DNA of 64,000 nt from a virus. Position numbers and translations under genes: made by a program. Shown here in pieces: positions 63,546-64,000 of this stretch; positions within the stretch are counted from its first letter, which is position 1, and each line of letters starts with the position of its first letter. Below the pieces are notes generated by a model. The model was not told where the DNA came from and made no database searches. It saw nothing but the letters and a program-made list of their open reading frames with translations. The stretch lies in IMG/VR virus record IMGVR_UViG_3300044837_000077, positions 3,314-67,313 of that record; one strand, given 5' to 3'.

Positions 63546-63896
63546 ATGCAGGGAATACCTCTCAACAAGGCAAAGCCGGTGCGTTACAGCCATGTGCCGA
63601 GCTTGCGTCCCCGGTTGAGCGCGTCGCCATCGCTCGTGCCGGTGAGCGCTACGCCGCCGATGCAACGTATCACAGGTCGAGCGCTTCAAGGGATCAGGCG
63701 TCGGCACTTTGAGCAGAATCCGCTCTGTGTTCGCTGCCAGAAAAAAGGTCGAATCACAGCGGCGACCCAGATCGATCATGATCGCCCGCTCTGGGATGGC
63801 GGTGCCGACGATGCCAGTAATCGTCAGGGGCTGTGCGACGACTGCCACGCCGAGAAGACTGCGTCCGAGTCTGTGATGCGAGCACGGATGCGATGA
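63546..63896 (+). CDS. HNH endonuclease, HK97 gp74-like packaging cofactor
   Basis: PLCVRC, IDH..PL..GG.D...NRQGLC..CH..KT; at the start of the late region. Confidence 0.88.
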   Translation: MQGIPLNKAKPVRYSHVPSLRPRLSASPSLVPVSATPPMQRITGRALQGIRRRHFEQNPLCVRCQKKGRITAATQIDHDRPLWDGGADDASNRQGLCDDCHAEKTASESVMRARMR

Positions 63897-64000
63897 ACGC
63901 CACTGATCACCTCTACGGCGGTGGTATGGGTTGGCTAATCTGTACGGACGAGACCCATACGGGGGGGCATGGATCGGGTCCATATCGAATAAGCGGAAAT

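Larger units (their letters stand above)
1..64000. mobile_element. Temperate siphovirus genome, near complete, non-integrated; terminase genes outside the window
   Basis: Head, tail, lysis, integration, immunity and replication modules fill the window in lambdoid order; no host housekeeping genes; intact attP is internal. Confidence 0.95.

Overview
The window is almost an entire temperate, GC-rich siphovirus genome, apparently in its non-integrated form. An intact attP (3' half of a tRNA-Arg(ACG), 38884-38928) sits mid-window with phage genes on both sides. Terminase genes are not in the window and probably lie just outside it. Plus strand 1-33.7 kb holds the virion and lysis genes: a fibre-like module, HK97-type protease, capsid and portal, a collagen-like protein, neck and tail genes, a GTA-like tail tip (DUF2460/DUF2163/NlpC-P60/megatron), fibres, a GH108 endolysin and nested spanins (so a Gram-negative host). 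Minus strand 33.8-56.9 kb holds a five-gene glycosyltransferase/methyltransferase operon, attP, integrase, many early genes, recombination genes and the repressor. Plus strand 57-64 kb holds cro, replication genes, RusA and a packaging-type HNH. The most notable observations are: (1) a soluble glycan-building operon whose paralog is embedded in the head-tail connector genes, a candidate virion glycosylation system; (2) a tandemly duplicated distal-tail (Dit) gene whose second copy carries a GH71-like glucanase and two lectin domains; (3) a tape measure protein with five copies of its normally single C-terminal motif; (4) a hairpin-dense, probably non-coding segment before the replication genes; (5) six HNH endonuclease genes. 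All family assignments come from motifs recognised by eye; no database searches were run.
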